Below, piece after piece: positions 60,901 through 64,000 of a stretch of 64,000 bases of DNA (the first letter of the stretch is position 1; every line of letters starts with the position of its first letter). The notes below the pieces were generated by a model. The model made no database searches and had not been told where the DNA came from. It worked only from the letters and a program-made list of their open reading frames with translations. The DNA is from Felis catus (Eukaryota). The stretch lies in assembly GCF_018350175.1 (NCBI RefSeq), contig NC_058369.1:9798001-9862000 (forward strand). The letters run 5' to 3'. A program made the translations under genes and the position numbers.

Positions 60901-63900
60901 AAAACCCTGCTCCCATGGCCCCTCCGTTATGGAGCCTTTCCGCCCCCTTGGCAGAGCCCCTGCTACCGGCTTTGGGCTTCCTCTGCCTGGTGTTCCTCTC
61001 TCTGTCCCGGCTCTGACCACACGGGAGCTGGGAGTTCCTGTACCTGTGTCTGCCTCCCCCATCGAATGGGAGGGATCTTCCTGGAGAAAGCCTGGTCTTC
61101 TCCCTCAGACTGGGAGCTTCCTGAGCAGGGCTCTGTCTTCTCCATCAGACTGTAAACTTACAATGTGTCCGCGTATCTATCTCCCATCAGTCTGGGAGCT
61201 CCGGGAGGGCAGACATGTGAATCTGCTATGAGGTCAGCAGCAACCTGGGCAGAACTGTTTCCCTGTGGGTAGCGAGAGTGCCTTCTCCATTAGGTTGGGA
61301 ACTCTGTGAGGGCAGGGCCGTGTCTCCTCCTTTTGACGAGTTCCTTGGGCAGGGATAGCCGCCACCCTCAGCCTGGTTGCTCCCTGGGTTGGTCTGTGGC
61401 TCCACCCTTAGCTTGGAAGCTCCCTGGACTGGGATTGTGTCTCCCGTCAGCCTGGGCCTCCCCAACAGGGCTGTTCCGTCAGACGGGGATCTCCTTGAAG
61501 AGTGTGCCAGAGAGCTCCCCAGACAGGGCTGTTTCCCATCAGACTGTAACCTCTTGAGGGCAAGGCCAAGTATCTCACTCAGATTGGGCTGTAGGACCCG
61601 GGTGCTCTGATCCCCTAGCACCCAGCTTGTGCCTGCCTGTCCCCCCCCCAAATTCTTCCTTGAAGTTTTTGGGATGAGGGAGTCGGTTGGAAGGCGGCTA
61701 GGTTAATTGAGAAGGGGGAATTGGGCAGAAATTGGAAGGTCACTGGTCAGCCCCACCCTTCTGCTGCCTCACCTGTCCCTGAGGCCAGGGCTGTCCCAAA
61801 GGCCCTGAGCACCCTGTGTGCAGGCTAGTGGGTCAGGAATAGGTGAGTGCGGTTGGTCAAGCCTCTTTAGTGGTGGAGGACACCCACCAGAAACAGCCTT
61901 TAGGAAGGCAGCCAGTGTGGCCCCTTGTGACCAAGGTTGACTGGGGAACCTTCCTGGAGGAGGTGATGCCAGTGCTGGTCCTCAGGACCTGGGTGCTTGG
62001 GCAAGAGGGGCTCTGAGACTGAAGAGATGTGAGGCTGGGAGGGTGGCATGGGTCCGTCGTGGAGAGTGAGGCTCAAATGAGGCCCAGCTGAGCCATCTTC
62101 CCTAGCTATTCCCACCTTCCGGAGCTCAGACCCCTCTTGACCGTCATAGTTGGGGGGGGGGGCCTATGTGTCTGGGCGAGAATTTGGGGGTGCTACTCTG
62201 CTTTAAGTGAGGGGACTGGGGGCGATGGTGCCTTAAGAGCCAGGGCCACCCCTTCCCCAGATCAGTGGGCAGCTCTCCCCTCGCCTCTTCCGGAAGCTGC
62301 CGCCCAGGGTCTGCGTCTCCCTCAAGAACATTGTGGACGAGGACTTTCTCTACGCAGGGTGAGGCTGCGTGAGGCTGGGCCGAGCAGGGGGGTGGCTGGG
62401 TGGGGTGGGAGGCTGGCCCTGACCTGGCCATTCTGCCCCCACCCCCACAGACACATCTTCCTGGGCTTTTCCAAGTGCGGCCGTTACGTTCTTTCCTACA
62501 CCAGCAGCAGCGGGGATGACGACTTCTCCTTCTACATCTACCATCTGTACTGGTGGGAGTTCAACGTCCACAGCAAGCTCAAACTGGTAGGGCTGGGCCC
62601 GGTGCTGGGCTGTCCCTTCCAGCAGCAGGACCCGCAGATCACAGCACCCCTGAGCCCCAGTTTCCTTGTTTGTAAAGCAGAGAAATTGTACTCCTAAGGT
62701 CGTTGTCAGGACTTACCACGTGTGAGGTCAAGCCACACGAAATTGCCATTTTTATAGTTGAAAGCGGGTAGACAGCAGCACCCTCGTGAGGTTCGGCTCA
62801 ACATCTAGCCTGCGGAACACGGCGGGCTCAGGCCAGGGGGGAGCCGTTAGCTTTGCTACCCCATTCGCTTAACCCTGACTTTGACTCCTGGAACCCCCCC
62901 ATTCCAGCAGGTGAGTGCTGTCAGACCAGCTGACACGTGAGCCTAGGGAGGTGGACAGGTTTCAGGGTGGAGCCGGCTTGGAACCGATGTGTCTAGCAGG
63001 GTCCCCTTTTGTGAGGCAGGGCTTCTATCAGCTTCCTCCCTGCTGGGCCAGGGCCCTGCTTCCCGTGCCAGGCCGCCTCCCTGCTTCCCCTAGTTGTGAG
63101 GGTAGCTTCCCCTGCCCGTCCTCAGGAAGGCAGAGGCTACGGTACAGGGGCTGCTTAGACTCCCTGGCTGGAGTCACACACACTCCCACCCCCACCCCCA
63201 CCCCCACCCCCACCCCCAGAAAGGGCGCTCCTGCCAGCTCAGCCCCAGCTCGGATTCCAGGCCAGCATCGTGCAGCCTCGGGCCCCCTCTCCCCCCACCC
63301 TACCTGCTCTGGCTCCATACCGACCCCGACCATGCTGCTCAGGTCCGGCAGGTGCGGCTCTTCCAGGATGAGGAGATCTACAGCGACCTGTACCTGACCG
63401 TGTGCGAGTGGCCCAGCGATGCCTCCAAGGTCATCGTCTTCGGCTTCAAGTAAGACCCGGGGACAGGGAAGGCCCGGCGAGGGTGGTGCGTGGGCCAGGC
63501 CGCTGAAGGTGTGCCGGCCCCCAGCACCCGCTCGGCCAATGGGATGCTCATGAACATGATGATGATGAGTGACGAGAACCACCGAGACATCTACATCAGC
63601 ACCGTGGCGGTGCCGTCGCCGGGCCGCTGCGCCGCCTGCCGGGAAGCCAGCCGGGCCCACCCGGGTGAGCGGGCCGGGGGCCTCGGGGTGCGGGCTGCTC
63701 CCCCCCCCCCCCCCCGCCCCGCCCCGCCCCGCCCCGCGGCCGGGAGTGAGCCTGGGTGGCTTGTGTTGCTGCAGGCGACCCCAGCGCGCAGTGCCTGCGG
63801 CACGGCTTCATGCTGCACACCAAGTACCAGGTGGTCTACCCCTTCCCCACCTTCCAGCCCGCCTTCCAGCTCAAGAAGGACCAGGTGGTGCTGCTCAACA

Positions 63901-63945
63901 CCAGCTACTCTCTGGTGGCCTGTGCGGTCTCGGTCCACTCGGCAG
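60430..63945 (+). CDS. DCAF15: DDB1- and CUL4-associated factor 15, exons 1-6 (gene continues beyond the window)
   Basis: Exons 60430-60561 ([19 protein letters not shown]...LERVK), 62261-62358, 62451-62586 ([16 protein letters not shown]), 63343-63449, 63525-63664, 63775-63945; phases consistent. Confidence 0.95.
61040..61592. repeat. Degenerate ~40-bp tandem array in DCAF15 intron 1
   Basis: About 13-14 units related to TCTCCCATCAGACTGGGAGCTCC(CTGA)GGGCAGGGCTGTG. Confidence 0.7.
63186..63217. repeat. (CCCCCA)n repeat, G-quadruplex-capable on the - strand
   Basis: About 5 tandem CCCCCA units. Confidence 0.8.
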
Positions 63946-64000
63946 GTAGGCCCCCGGGCCCAACGATGGGCCGAGCACGGGCTGTAAGCCTCAGAGCCCG

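Noticed and set aside
61040..61592. CRISPR-like repeat-spacer interpretation of the 40-bp array
   Set aside because: Mammalian intron, units are degenerate along their whole length with no unique spacers, and there are no cas genes.

Overview
This is felid (cat-family) genomic DNA, judged from dense SINEC_Fc-type Can-SINEs, and it is syntenic to human 19p13.12. I reconstructed five genes exon by exon, all with GT-AG introns and consistent phases: NANOS3 (+, 2 coding exons, 187 aa), BRME1/C19orf57 (-, 8 coding exons, 679 aa), CC2D1A (+, 29 exons, about 951 aa), PODNL1 (-, 10 exons, 584 aa) and the 5' part of DCAF15 (+, exons 1-6, running off the window). BRME1 and CC2D1A share a bidirectional CpG-island promoter. 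The introns and the PODNL1-DCAF15 gap are filled with Can-SINEs, L1, L2, MaLR/ERVL LTRs and DNA-transposon fossils; repeat subfamily names come from recalled consensus sequences, not a search. I found no wholly new gene system. The best leads are: a candidate poison exon in BRME1 bracketed by complementary (UG)n/(AC)n tracts, an unannotated-looking in-frame BRME1 cassette exon, duplicated E2F motifs on the germline side of the bidirectional promoter, a degenerate ~40-bp L2-tail-like array in DCAF15 intron 1, a headless SINE-SINE fusion, and a local CpG gain in old repeats.
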